This document shows positions 1-9,968 of a DNA stretch of 64,000 bases, piece by piece. The translations under genes were made by a program, and so were the position numbers. The notes beneath the pieces were generated by a model. That model was not told where the DNA came from and made no database searches. It was given only the letters and a program-made list of their open reading frames with translations. Position 1 is the first letter of the stretch, and every line of letters begins with the position of its first letter. The stretch is from NCBI GenBank assembly GCA_000146465.1, contig CP001947.1. One strand, 5' to 3'.

Positions 1-297
1 CATCTCAGGGACAAACCGGTTGAGTGTGCTTGGAATTCTCTTCAATATTCTTTTGTTCAACATGTGCACATGATAGTTCAATGACCTCTGTGCATACCGA
101 GGACACTTTATCCCTCTACTTTGTGCATGGCGCAGATATGCAAGAAGAGCCACAGCACTTCTCCTGTCTAATATTTTCGAGACTGTACAGAAGAAGTATA
201 TCACCTCCATCGGGCTCATGTTCTTAAGATAGAAGATAAGAAAGGTCAGGCCTTCTTCAGAAGGCCTCTCGACAAGATGATGTCTTATCTTTTCCAT
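1..297 (-). CDS. 5' part of an unidentified protein-coding gene that runs off the window start
   Basis: Reverse-strand ATG at 295-297 followed by 99 sense codons with no stop to position 1. Absent from the ORF track because no stop lies inside the window. No recognisable domain. Confidence 0.25.
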   Translation of the reverse strand, partial: MEKIRHHLVERPSEEGLTFLIFYLKNMSPMEVIYFFCTVSKILDRRSAVALLAYLRHAQSRGIKCPRYAQRSLNYHVHMLNKRILKRIPSTLNRFVPEM

Positions 298-370
298 CAA
301 CAAGGCCTTTGAGAATCCAATCTTAAAACCAGTTTCCAAGAAAACTAAAAGAACAAGCCAAAACCATTTA

Positions 371-1792
371 CTAAGGGTAGAGTCTGCTTGGGTCCCTGGG
401 GAACAGCGAGAAGCATCTTATGTCCCCCATTCCAAAATATGCCTTCATCACCCTCTCAAGTCCAATCCCACATCCCCCGTGGGGTGGAACCCCATATTTG
501 AACGACTCCAAATATCCTCCAAGAGAAGATGGAGATATCCCATGCTCCGAAACATACCTGACCAAGTCCTCATAGACATTTACTCTCTGTGCTCCAGATA
601 AAATCTCCTCTCCCCGTAAAATAAAGTCGTACGACCTTGTTATTCCTTTCTCCTCATTTCTGTATGTGTAGAACGGTCTTGCAGATATCGGATAATCCTT
701 TATCACAAAGATGTCGACATCATGTATCCTCTTCACTATCGATCCCAGTCTCTTCTCGTTTTCACTGTTGAAGTCATCTCCATATCCCATCTCAACACCC
801 TCGCCCAAAAGAAGATCTACACATTCCCTGTGCGTCAGAACAACAGGCTCCCGATTATACTTGACATCTTCAAATCGATGGAAAGACCTTATTGTATCCA
901 GCTCTTCGCTGTACTCCTTTTTCAAATTGTCGAAGATGCTTACAAACATAGAGTGGATGAACTTGATCACATCGTTATAGTCTGTGGATATCTCCATCTC
1001 CATGTCAAGCCCAACAAACTCACTTAGATATCTGTTGATGTTGGACTCCTCTGCACGATACACATGCCCTATCTCATACACCCTTTTGAGTCCTCCTGCA
1101 ACAGCCATCTGCTTGTACAGCTGAGGACTCTGAGCCATGAACGCCTTTTTCTTGAAGTAGTCCACACTGAAGAGATTTGCCCCTCCTTCGCTCGAGCTTC
1201 CAATCAGCTTCGGTGTCTTTATCTCTACAAATCCGTTTCTACGGAGATAGTCCCTGAAGAAGAACATCACCCCATCAATCACCCGAAAGGTGGCTCTTGT
1301 CTGCGGTGCTCGAAGATCCAGGGATCTGTTGTCCAGTCGGATGTGGTATGCAACGCTTTGGAGTGTTGGGTTTTTTTCCCGTTCCTCAATCGTTGCAGAA
1401 ACATCCTTCATGGTGAATGGAAGGTTTTTGTCTGCCATGCTGAGAACAGAAAATCCGAGGATGCGGATCTCCACATCCTTCTTGCTACATCCAGATATTT
1501 CTGTCTCCTGCTTGACAACCCTTCCCTTTACTTCAATATAGGACTCGTGCGCCACCTTCTTGAGAGAGTTGAACTCCTCTATAGACAGATCCCCTTTCCC
1601 ATCCTTGGGTCTCTCGCACATGCACTGGACTGTACATCCATTGTCTCGCAGGACTATGAAGATATACTTGCCTGTGCAAGAGGACTTGAGAACAAACCCT
1701 CGGACAATCACGTGTCTTCCGTCAAGGTCTCCGCTCAGGTCCTTGATTTCACTTACTCCGCTTATGGAAATCTTGGAAAGTTGGTCTTCCAT
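371..1792 (-). CDS. DARS: Aspartyl-tRNA synthetase, cytoplasmic, class IIb
   Basis: ORF-track protein of 473 aa. N-terminal OB fold, class II motif 2 (YRAEESNINRYLSEFVGLDME), motif 3 (GGCGIGLERV) and the eukaryotic AspRS C-terminus FPRDPSRLYP. Start ATG confirmed as CAT at 1790-1792. Confidence 0.85.
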   Translation of the reverse strand: MEDQLSKISISGVSEIKDLSGDLDGRHVIVRGFVLKSSCTGKYIFIVLRDNGCTVQCMCERPKDGKGDLSIEEFNSLKKVAHESYIEVKGRVVKQETEISGCSKKDVEIRILGFSVLSMADKNLPFTMKDVSATIEEREKNPTLQSVAYHIRLDNRSLDLRAPQTRATFRVIDGVMFFFRDYLRRNGFVEIKTPKLIGSSSEGGANLFSVDYFKKKAFMAQSPQLYKQMAVAGGLKRVYEIGHVYRAEESNINRYLSEFVGLDMEMEISTDYNDVIKFIHSMFVSIFDNLKKEYSEELDTIRSFHRFEDVKYNREPVVLTHRECVDLLLGEGVEMGYGDDFNSENEKRLGSIVKRIHDVDIFVIKDYPISARPFYTYRNEEKGITRSYDFILRGEEILSGAQRVNVYEDLVRYVSEHGISPSSLGGYLESFKYGVPPHGGCGIGLERVMKAYFGMGDIRCFSLFPRDPSRLYP

Positions 1793-1967
1793 GGAAGGGT
1801 TGAAAATTCAACCTCTTTCTTCCCCAAAGCTCCAACTTAGTTCTTGGCCAGAACAGAAATTGGCCCGGCAACTCAGGACTGGTGATATCGGCTGGTTTAG
1901 GAGTCTTTTGTCCATTAAGGGGAAGAAAGGAGAAAAAAGTATAAGTATGGAAAAATGAAAGCTACCA

Positions 1968-2732
1968 ATGCAAGAGAACAAGACATCAGAAGAACTCAAG
2001 AAGAGACATATTCCTCTGGATTTCATCCTAAGTATAATCAACTTTTTCGTTGCTGCTGTACAGCTGGGGTATGGAAAGTTTAAAGGGGACCAAAGTAAGG
2101 ATAGCGGGTTTAGCAAGTATTCTAAATTTATAACTGCTATAGTTCTTCTGATTCCCATATTCAAGATCTTTTACCAGCTGAGTAGATTCAGAAGAGAGTG
2201 TGGAGTCAAGAAGATGAATCGAATTAAGATTCTTTGTATGGTTGCGTATTTGCTGGTCCTTTCTGCAGCAATTGTATTGCTTTTTAAAGATTCACCCAGT
2301 TTCTCCCTGGAAACCCAAGGTATGATGGTAGCTCAAGCATCACTTTTGGGAATGGTCATTTCGTCCTTGCTGATAAATTACAAGAATCTCCAAAAAGGAA
2401 ACTACATAGACTACTTCATCATATTGGCTTCTCTTGCCTTTGCAGCCAGGCTCGTAGCTCTCTTTCCTCCTTTCAAAGTCTATGGTATAGTGGTGGCAAT
2501 ATCCGAATGGGCCTCCATAGCTATTGCACTTGTTCTCCCTGTCCTCCAAAGCCTCCTCTATCCCGAAATCATCTCCTTACCGATCTCTTCAGAGGACTTT
2601 GCTATGCTAAATGCCTTGAATGCAGCTATTCTTATTCTTGGAGCAGGGATAGTAGCATCTCCTTACATCCAGAATTGGTACTCCAAATTTAGAAAGGATG
2701 GAAATGGCACTCAAAAAATACCAGCAAAGTAG
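1968..2732 (+). CDS. Hypothetical multi-pass membrane protein
   Basis: 254-aa ORF starting at ATG with about six hydrophobic helices and no recognised family. Divergent from the AspRS gene across a 175-nt spacer. Confidence 0.45.
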   Translation: MQENKTSEELKKRHIPLDFILSIINFFVAAVQLGYGKFKGDQSKDSGFSKYSKFITAIVLLIPIFKIFYQLSRFRRECGVKKMNRIKILCMVAYLLVLSAAIVLLFKDSPSFSLETQGMMVAQASLLGMVISSLLINYKNLQKGNYIDYFIILASLAFAARLVALFPPFKVYGIVVAISEWASIAIALVLPVLQSLLYPEIISLPISSEDFAMLNALNAAILILGAGIVASPYIQNWYSKFRKDGNGTQKIPAK

Positions 2733-2903
2733 CAAGCAGCGTTCGAACACCAAGTTAAAGTCCCCAATAAAAGGCCATCATTGCAATGAATATAACGATA
2801 ATTAGACAAACTTTCGATCCAAAACATTTTAATTGGAACAAAGAACACAGTGATATCAATCGTAGAATCTGGTATAGAAACAATTTAATAAAGGACGTAC
2901 CAA

Positions 2904-3272
2904 CTATTCAATTTCTGCAAACATCTCATCAATGTCATCAATTTCTTCGTCGCATCTAATGCCACCTGCTAGATAATGAATCCTCGAGGAAAGCCCCAGG
3001 ACAATCAGTGTGTATCCAATCAGGTGTCCCTCTGGAATGTTTGATGTCCCCAGGACATAAAGTTCCTCAGCTACCCGACGTATCTTGTCTCTTTTACTTC
3101 TGGATTTGTCGAGTAGGAACAGATTCCCAAGCCTCTTTAGATGAACAAGCTCCCTAAACAGCCTTGATCCTCGATGTCCATTCTTGGACTTGTATACAAC
3201 CATCTCTAAAATTTTCAACTCTTCTGCCAGCTCCTGACTATTATCTCTTGCCTTCTGTGTCTTTAAGGCCAT
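2904..3272 (-). CDS. Hypothetical small protein with an acidic C-terminal tail
   Basis: 122-aa ORF with ATG start and acidic tail EEIDDIDEMFAEIE. Faint resemblance to RNase P/MRP Pop5-type subunits; unverified. Confidence 0.35.
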   Translation of the reverse strand: MALKTQKARDNSQELAEELKILEMVVYKSKNGHRGSRLFRELVHLKRLGNLFLLDKSRSKRDKIRRVAEELYVLGTSNIPEGHLIGYTLIVLGLSSRIHYLAGGIRCDEEIDDIDEMFAEIE

Positions 3273-3323
3273 TCCAACCAGGGGTCCCCAACCCTGGCCT
3301 TCAACCCACGTTCTTCAGGATAA

Positions 3324-4994
3324 TCAGTTGCATTTCTTAATGTTGAACTGCCACAGATTCCCAAGCTGGGAGGTCGCTCCTACGTTCTTCAGCTGATTGC
3401 TTCCAATCCCTAAGGATTCAAGGACATTCAGCTTCGACAGAAGCTTGGGCCACACATACTCGTCGATCGTTCCTCTTGCAACCAAGTATATGATATCCAC
3501 ACTGTTCTTCTGCCCTATCCTATGTATTCTATCTTCGGCTTGTAGAAGAACTCCGGGATTCCAATACAGCTCTGCAAACACCACTGCTCTTCCTGCAGTA
3601 AGAGTAAGCCCCGTACTGCATGCCGTGATACTCAAAAGTGCAGTTTTTATCTCTTCGTTCTCCTGAAAGCTTTTGACCAGCATGTGCCTGTTACTGCTAG
3701 GTGTCGATCCGTCAATCCGAATAATCGAAACTCCTTTTTCTCTGAGAAACTCTTCAAGTCCATCCATCATCTCGACATGGTGGCAAAAGATGATGAACTT
3801 CATGTCTTTTTCTACGATCGTTGATATATACTGTTTTACCTGGTCTATCTTCAGTTTAACCGCTTCTCTGTACTGTGCAACCACATTCGTGTCTACATTC
3901 TCCCCCACAAGCTCTTTTGCCGGATCCCTTTGCTTTCCTTTGCATTGCAAAACAACCTGCCTTCGGAACTTGGGAGGTAGTTGGCTTAGCACCTCGTCCT
4001 TTGTTCTTCTGATCATCAGACATTTCTTCAAGATGTAATGAAGTTCCTCTGCATTGCTGCAACCCTTGTAGTCATACCACTGCCCAACCTTTCTACCGTT
4101 ACAGTACCTGGCTCCATACTCGGCAAACCGTGGAAAGATCGTTCTGTCGATAGACGATATTATGGGGTAAAGCTCCAATGGCCTACTCACTGCAGGTGTT
4201 CCCGAGAGTAGGAGCGCCCTAGATGCCCTCTGCAACAACGGAACTATTGCCTTTGTTCTCTTGGTATTCATACTCTTGAGATAATGGCACTCATCAGCAA
4301 TTACAACACCTGCTTTGCTCCCAAGTAGTACAGATCCATTGCTAGAGGCCATCTCGTAACTTACAATCCCAACCACTTGCCCAAAATCCTCCTTTCTCCT
4401 CATCACAACTGCATCTTCTCCTAAGAATCTTCTACAGGCATCTGCCCAGTCTTCAAGTAAAGATGCAGGAGCAATGATTAGAAGAGGCCATTCAGACCGG
4501 TAGTAGTATGAAACTGCAAGTGCCTGGATGGTCTTTCCTAGCCCCATGTCGTCTGCAACAATTATTCTTCCCCCTTGTCGAAGAGCGTACTGCACTCCTT
4601 CCCTTTGGAATGGAAGGAGCATGCCGTATATATCTCCCAGAAGTTCAAACTCCTGGCTGTCCGTCTCTTTCTTGGCAATCCTCAATGTCCCCTTTGGAAT
4701 ATCATCAAATACAAGTCCGTTTCTCCTCAATCCTCCCTTCACGGCCATATAGTCCTTCACACTTATCCTCCACTCGTTACTGCTAACATCATACACGCTT
4801 TCATCCAACCTGCTCAGTTCTGTAGACAATCTCTTGTTCGACGGCTTCAGCACAACCTTTCCATCTCCATTCACATAAACCTTTATCTTCGTTATCTTCA
4901 TACTTTCCTTCCCCTCGCTCTTCTTCTCCTCTTTGCTCCTCTCAGACATCCGAAGTTTGGCCTCAATTGCTCTTTCCCATCTCTCCTCTCCCAT
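3324..4994 (-). CDS. SNF2-family ATPase, SMARCAL1/HARP-like annealing helicase
   Basis: Helicase motifs DDMGLGKT (I) and DECHYLK (II), and the SMARCAL1-diagnostic LLLSGTPAVSRPLELYPII. The ORF track begins at TTG 5000; first ATG is at 4994. Confidence 0.8.
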   Translation of the reverse strand: MGEERWERAIEAKLRMSERSKEEKKSEGKESMKITKIKVYVNGDGKVVLKPSNKRLSTELSRLDESVYDVSSNEWRISVKDYMAVKGGLRRNGLVFDDIPKGTLRIAKKETDSQEFELLGDIYGMLLPFQREGVQYALRQGGRIIVADDMGLGKTIQALAVSYYYRSEWPLLIIAPASLLEDWADACRRFLGEDAVVMRRKEDFGQVVGIVSYEMASSNGSVLLGSKAGVVIADECHYLKSMNTKRTKAIVPLLQRASRALLLSGTPAVSRPLELYPIISSIDRTIFPRFAEYGARYCNGRKVGQWYDYKGCSNAEELHYILKKCLMIRRTKDEVLSQLPPKFRRQVVLQCKGKQRDPAKELVGENVDTNVVAQYREAVKLKIDQVKQYISTIVEKDMKFIIFCHHVEMMDGLEEFLREKGVSIIRIDGSTPSSNRHMLVKSFQENEEIKTALLSITACSTGLTLTAGRAVVFAELYWNPGVLLQAEDRIHRIGQKNSVDIIYLVARGTIDEYVWPKLLSKLNVLESLGIGSNQLKNVGATSQLGNLWQFNIKKCN

Positions 4995-5051
4995 CCTCAA
5001 ACCCTATGCCCAAAAGAATAAATAGCTAAGACTCCTCTTTATTAACAAAAA

Positions 5052-7466
5052 TCACTCCTCATCAAAGTTCACAACCCTTCTCTCAACCAGGTAGTTCTCG
5101 TCCATAAGTCTTTTGTAGAAGTCCTTGTCGCTCTGGATACTTTGTCCCACCTTCTTAGACACAAAGATAATATATCCAACAACCACTCCAAGCACAATAA
5201 ACTCCGTATTGCTCAGCCCAAGCAGCAGGGTCACTGCATTGTACATGTACCAAATCCCAAACAGAACAGAGATAAAGGCATTGACCTTGCAGAGTTCTCT
5301 GACAAGTGCTCGGAAGGTATAGTTCTCGGGAGATGAACTTAGAATGGTTTCCACAATCGAAGTGGAACTAAAGAAAAACAGAAACAGCCTCAGAGGCCGC
5401 ACTCCCGTGATGTTCGTCCCGTCATTCGACAGCACAATCACCATTAGGCTCCCGAAAAGAGGATACACTGTGTTTATGTATACATTCACAACCCCGTGCT
5501 TGCACAACTCTCCAATCGTCTGCAGGAAGCCCTTCTCTTCCTTCACAATGCTCGTTGTAACATGGATTACAATCCAAGAAATCCGAAAGAGAAAAGCTAG
5601 TGCCAAGTAGAATAAGATGTCCCCGGAGTCTCGGATATATGCATCTATATTGATTCCCCGGACAATGTGCTTGGCTATAAAGACATATCCGGTGTAAATA
5701 CAATAGAAGGACAGAATAACAGATAGACTTATCAACCCGCACCTTAAGGCAAACTGCCTCGGAACATAGAAAATGGCAAAATCCGAGGACAAGCGGGAAT
5801 TGAAGTATCTGCAGATCTCTCTTTCGGTTGGCCTCCTTTGCTCTCTTGCTCTGATATGCTGTCTCCTGAAGATCTTGTTCCTGTTCACACACCACATCAG
5901 CATTCGTTTATCACATCCCACTGCCCGGGCATTGTAAAGAAAGTTTTCCATCCCAAGCATCCGGGCTTCCAGCCTTACAACCCTGTTGAGCCCTTTAACC
6001 ACATAATCACAAAGGATTCTGTTGGAATACAAGAGCATTGTAAAGGTTTTATATGTAAGAGACAGTTTCAGAAAGCTTCTTATCGAGAACCTTATCTCAA
6101 TTTCCCCACAAGCCCATCGCATCATTGTAAGCCCTATCCCGTAGAACAGGGAAAAGGCCACCAGGTAAGTAATGACCCGGAGGAATATTCTTGAGATTCC
6201 TATCTTTGATGCCTCGTACAGTTCGTCCATGCGAGAGTCGTCATCGTCGGGAACAAAGTGCAGGACACCAGGCCGGAAACATCTTTTGAATCTAAGGAAG
6301 ACATTTCTTATTACAATGCTAAATGTATATCCAATCGACATGTGGAATACCAGCGAAACTCCTCCCTTCAAGACAACACTGTGCTCACTGCTCAGATGTA
6401 GTACATACACTCCCTTGTTCAGTATGTTTCCAAACATGTAGTGGAGAACCAGACCAAACGTTAGGTTCATGAAGAATATGTTCAGCATTATTATAAAGTA
6501 TATCTTCATGAAAATACATACATACTTTATCTTACTAATGCAGAACCTTTTCCGAACATCTTCTGCAAGGCTCATGATTGCCCAGAAAACCATGCCGAAT
6601 CCTACTAGTCTAGTGTACAAGCCTTCGAGATTCATTGCAGAGAGGAACTCATTAAAGGGCCCGTAGATCTTGGGAACGGAAATGTATCTCCCCATTGCAT
6701 ACATTAAAGGTATAAATGAAACAGGTAGAGTCATCCCAATGGCCCCTGATATTATTGGCTTGAAGAGAAAATTGTTCATAGGATCACTCAGCCTTCTGAA
6801 ATTAGTTCTCTCAACACCTGTGGTCTCGGAAATCTCTCTAGAAACAGATACGTTGGAATCCGAGGATAGATTCTCATCTATTCTACCCCCTTCATCCTCT
6901 CTAGACCCCTCCTCCCGCGGCTCTCTCTCTAGAGACTCTAGTATTGCGCGTGGATTCATCGTCATCCTCCTCCTTCTTATGTCTTCTCCAAACCTTTCTC
7001 TAATTTGGTTAAATAAACATCGGTTGACTTGCGCCAGCCATGCAAACGGAATCCCAACTGCTATCCACACCAGAATGTCTCCGAGCTCGGCCCTGGCGTT
7101 GGAATCATACAATCCTGTTGACACCATGAAAAAGTATCCATTGAAATAGAACACTACTATCCACTTCACCATCTGTAGGATACACCATGCAAGCACAGTC
7201 CCAACCCTCTGTCCTATACCTGCCACCCCCTTTATAAGTACCGATAGAGGCAGCACCTGGGGAGTGTCTGGCTTGTAGATGTCTCGGAACTTGTATTCAT
7301 AGTGGCATATATCGCACCTCTTGATCTTCGAACACTCCATCCACGACATCAAGCATTCCTTATGAATATACTTGATTGTTCCTGAGCACCGGCATGGACT
7401 GCACAGCTCGTCTCCCCTTACATCTCCCGTATGGCAGATCTTGCAGTTCCTTTTTTCTTCGCTCAT
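5052..7466 (-). CDS. DOA10: ER membrane RING-CH E3 ubiquitin ligase, Doa10/TEB4/MARCH6 family
   Basis: 804 aa. N-terminal RING-CH motif CKICHTG...CSPCRCSGTIKYIHKECLMSWM...CDICHYEY followed by many transmembrane helices. Confidence 0.8.
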   Translation of the reverse strand: MSEEKRNCKICHTGDVRGDELCSPCRCSGTIKYIHKECLMSWMECSKIKRCDICHYEYKFRDIYKPDTPQVLPLSVLIKGVAGIGQRVGTVLAWCILQMVKWIVVFYFNGYFFMVSTGLYDSNARAELGDILVWIAVGIPFAWLAQVNRCLFNQIRERFGEDIRRRRMTMNPRAILESLEREPREEGSREDEGGRIDENLSSDSNVSVSREISETTGVERTNFRRLSDPMNNFLFKPIISGAIGMTLPVSFIPLMYAMGRYISVPKIYGPFNEFLSAMNLEGLYTRLVGFGMVFWAIMSLAEDVRKRFCISKIKYVCIFMKIYFIIMLNIFFMNLTFGLVLHYMFGNILNKGVYVLHLSSEHSVVLKGGVSLVFHMSIGYTFSIVIRNVFLRFKRCFRPGVLHFVPDDDDSRMDELYEASKIGISRIFLRVITYLVAFSLFYGIGLTMMRWACGEIEIRFSIRSFLKLSLTYKTFTMLLYSNRILCDYVVKGLNRVVRLEARMLGMENFLYNARAVGCDKRMLMWCVNRNKIFRRQHIRAREQRRPTEREICRYFNSRLSSDFAIFYVPRQFALRCGLISLSVILSFYCIYTGYVFIAKHIVRGINIDAYIRDSGDILFYLALAFLFRISWIVIHVTTSIVKEEKGFLQTIGELCKHGVVNVYINTVYPLFGSLMVIVLSNDGTNITGVRPLRLFLFFFSSTSIVETILSSSPENYTFRALVRELCKVNAFISVLFGIWYMYNAVTLLLGLSNTEFIVLGVVVGYIIFVSKKVGQSIQSDKDFYKRLMDENYLVERRVVNFDEE

Positions 7467-7560
7467 AGGGGTACTTCATTTTGCCGAGAATCAAGCAATA
7501 AATAACATAAGTAGATACAAAAAACACCAATCGAGTGGTAAGAACTTTATTGACCCCGGT

Positions 7561-8151
7561 CTATAGATTCACAACAGTAAACAGAAGCATCACCCCTTTT
7601 CTCTCGAAGTGTTTCTTCAGCGCCAAATCCACGGCATAGCTCAATCCCTCCTCTTCCAGAGAAAGCACATCCTCTACAAACTCAAGTATCTCCTGCGCCC
7701 CTGTGATGGCATCCGACGGTGTGTCCTTAATATCGAAGTTCACCATGAAAAAGTGTTTTGTGCACGAAGGCGTATCTACATAGTACTCAAATATGCTGGT
7801 AAACACCCTCTCCTCACATGTTATCACTAGATCAAAGTCTTCACACCTCTGGAAGAAGTTCTCGGGCTTCTCCTTTACTCCCATGTTTCGTTCCAGTAGA
7901 TACAAAATCCCAGACTCTCTGTAGTAGTCTTCGTTTTTCATACACAAATCGTTATAAATCTTTTGGTAGGTCCAGTCAAAGCTATACACATTCGGCTTAT
8001 CTATTGCTTCCCCCGGGAGTTTTATAACGGGGCTGGTGCCAAAGGACTTGATTGGAATTCCCTTCTTCATAAACAGGTCATGTGTCTGCATGCTTCTATT
8101 CTGATTCATTGCACAGCTGACTGCAAGCTTCATTAGGGGCATCCCATTCAT
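7561..8151 (-). CDS. SSU72: RNA polymerase II CTD phosphatase Ssu72
   Basis: 196 aa. CX5R phosphatase loop VSCAMNQNRSMQ, with SFGTSPVIKLPG and FDLVITCEERVF matching the Ssu72 family along the whole length. Confidence 0.85.
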   Translation of the reverse strand: MNGMPLMKLAVSCAMNQNRSMQTHDLFMKKGIPIKSFGTSPVIKLPGEAIDKPNVYSFDWTYQKIYNDLCMKNEDYYRESGILYLLERNMGVKEKPENFFQRCEDFDLVITCEERVFTSIFEYYVDTPSCTKHFFMVNFDIKDTPSDAITGAQEILEFVEDVLSLEEEGLSYAVDLALKKHFERKGVMLLFTVVNL

Positions 8152-8195
8152 TCAAGGTAAAGCAAAGAACTTTCGCTATCTTGTGCCTACAAGCT

Positions 8196-8663
8196 CTAGT
8201 CTTCTTGGCTGCTTTCCGAGCTGGAGTCGTTCAGGAAATTCACCATGGGCAATGAAGGAAACGGAGGAAGATACAAGCTGGTGCTTTCATACCCAGGCGG
8301 GTACAATCTGTTCTGCCCCACAATTCCAGAGTGCGACACTAGCCCTCCAAGGTCCACATCAAACTCCTCTCCATTTTCCAACTTCTCCATTGTTTTGATC
8401 CGCTCCTCAATCCATAAGATTCCATCGTACATCCTCCTTTTCATTCCAAGGGCCTCAGACGACTTTTCCTCAATCACATCGTTCCATTTGTGGGCGTTGA
8501 ATGCAAGGGTCTCCCTTAAAGAAAGCCTCTCAAGTTCGGAATACGATATTTCGTCGTTCAGATACCTCTTAAGGCCTGCCAGAAACTCCTCGCTAACCTC
8601 CCTGTATAACCTGTCCATTAAGGGATAAAAATCCAATAGAACCATTAAAACTTTATTCCTCAT
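8196..8663 (-). CDS. Hypothetical protein
   Basis: 155-aa ORF with ATG at 8663, overlapping the 3' end of the upstream gene by 11 nt. An in-frame ATG at 8645 would remove the overlap. No recognised domain. Confidence 0.35.
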   Translation of the reverse strand: MRNKVLMVLLDFYPLMDRLYREVSEEFLAGLKRYLNDEISYSELERLSLRETLAFNAHKWNDVIEEKSSEALGMKRRMYDGILWIEERIKTMEKLENGEEFDVDLGGLVSHSGIVGQNRLYPPGYESTSLYLPPFPSLPMVNFLNDSSSESSQED

Positions 8664-9900
8664 TCACATTCTTCTTGGTCTTGTCGGGCTCAGGACCCTC
8701 ATCCTCTGTCTTTTCCTTGGCCTTCTTGGTGCCTTTCCTTTTCTTACTCACTCTTGGCGAGGACTCAGAAACCCGCTTTCTTCCTCTAATCGAAGCTTTT
8801 CTGGGTTGTACAGTATCATTCTCTTCGCTCCCCCTTTCCAGGAGTCTCATCGCACTCGATCTCTTTTTCCTTCCTACTCCCTTCCCTTCTGTATCTTCTT
8901 TTCTTTCCTCGTCTTCCTTCTTTTCTTCTCCTACGATACCCCGTTCCTCTTCCTTATTCACTTCCCTTTCTAGTTCAATCCGGCTTATAACATCACTAGC
9001 TATTGCATTTTTTATGTCACTCGATGATAACACTTCCTTAACCTCTTCCCTAATGTCTTCTTTGACATCTCCCATAAACTCTCTCTTCAGATCTTCTCGC
9101 AATTCCTCCTTGATATTATCCTTGACATTCTGTTTCAACTCGTCAAGACCCTCTTCTATAACCCCATTCTCATTCCTCATCTTCTCATCAACCACCTTTT
9201 CTGCTGTGTCCAGAATCTCCTTCTCTATCATCACCTCTCCAAGGTCTCTTGAGTTCTTCCGGCCCATCGATGGAAGAACAGGCGTGTCAACAACAGATAT
9301 CTCAATCGATTCCTTGATCTCCTTATTAAGAACCTCCTTCTGCTCCTCAATAGCCTGCTTCACACATGATACCCCTTCTCCATCTTCTCCCTTGCATAGT
9401 GAGATGTTCACTCCCGCTACCTTATTCAGTGCAATCGAAATAACCGCTTCTCCAATCCCCTCGTTCTTTTCAGACTCTCCTCCTAGGGTCTTCTCCTTCT
9501 TTTCAAATTCTAAACAGGGTCTTTCTCTCCCCTCTCCATTCAGGTAGCTCAGTTCCATCGTAGGCCTTCTAATGATCTTGTCCTCGTCTACAAAGTCCCC
9601 AGGCTCCGTCAAAGAAAACATAAACCTGTATCTGTTTATCCTTAGAACATCTCCAAATCCGAAGCCATATACAGATTCCTTCTCAAGAGCCTCCTCGTTC
9701 AAAAACACATTGTTCCCAAGCACCCGGATCTTCATTTGCTCAAAGTACACCATCACATGGTTTTCCTCCACCGATGGCTGTTGCAGCCGTACATCTGCAT
9801 CTAGCCCGCTCCCTATTGTTATCTCTGTCTCATTGGTAAATGCAATGCTCCGCACCTTATCGTCGCTCCCTAATGATGATAGTTTGTATTTCTCTCCCAT
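8653..9900 (-). CDS. FHA-domain protein with a long K/E-rich charged tail
   Basis: N-terminal FHA-like region (ITIGSG...VRLQQ...HVMVYF...GNNVFLN...GDVLRI), then E/K/R low complexity. The ORF track starts at TTG 9939; first ATG is at 9900. Confidence 0.5.
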   Translation of the reverse strand: MGEKYKLSSLGSDDKVRSIAFTNETEITIGSGLDADVRLQQPSVEENHVMVYFEQMKIRVLGNNVFLNEEALEKESVYGFGFGDVLRINRYRFMFSLTEPGDFVDEDKIIRRPTMELSYLNGEGRERPCLEFEKKEKTLGGESEKNEGIGEAVISIALNKVAGVNISLCKGEDGEGVSCVKQAIEEQKEVLNKEIKESIEISVVDTPVLPSMGRKNSRDLGEVMIEKEILDTAEKVVDEKMRNENGVIEEGLDELKQNVKDNIKEELREDLKREFMGDVKEDIREEVKEVLSSSDIKNAIASDVISRIELEREVNKEEERGIVGEEKKEDEERKEDTEGKGVGRKKRSSAMRLLERGSEENDTVQPRKASIRGRKRVSESSPRVSKKRKGTKKAKEKTEDEGPEPDKTKKNVNEE

Positions 9901-9968
9901 CAGTTCAAGGGCTTCCAAAGAGGATTCACATATCTTCAAACAAACACCGCAGATAGTAAAAGAGGGAT

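Noticed and set aside
1064-1840. 258-aa plus-strand ORF and other ORFs inside the AspRS locus
   Set aside because: They lie antisense or out of frame within a confidently identified conserved gene.
1808-2164. 118-aa minus-strand ORF overlapping the start of the 1968-2732 membrane-protein gene
   Set aside because: Low-complexity translation with no start context. It overlaps a better-supported divergent gene.
8675-9547. 290-aa Ser/Phe/Leu-rich plus-strand ORF
   Set aside because: Antisense shadow of the GAA/GAG-rich K/E tail of the FHA-domain gene. Low complexity, no start context.
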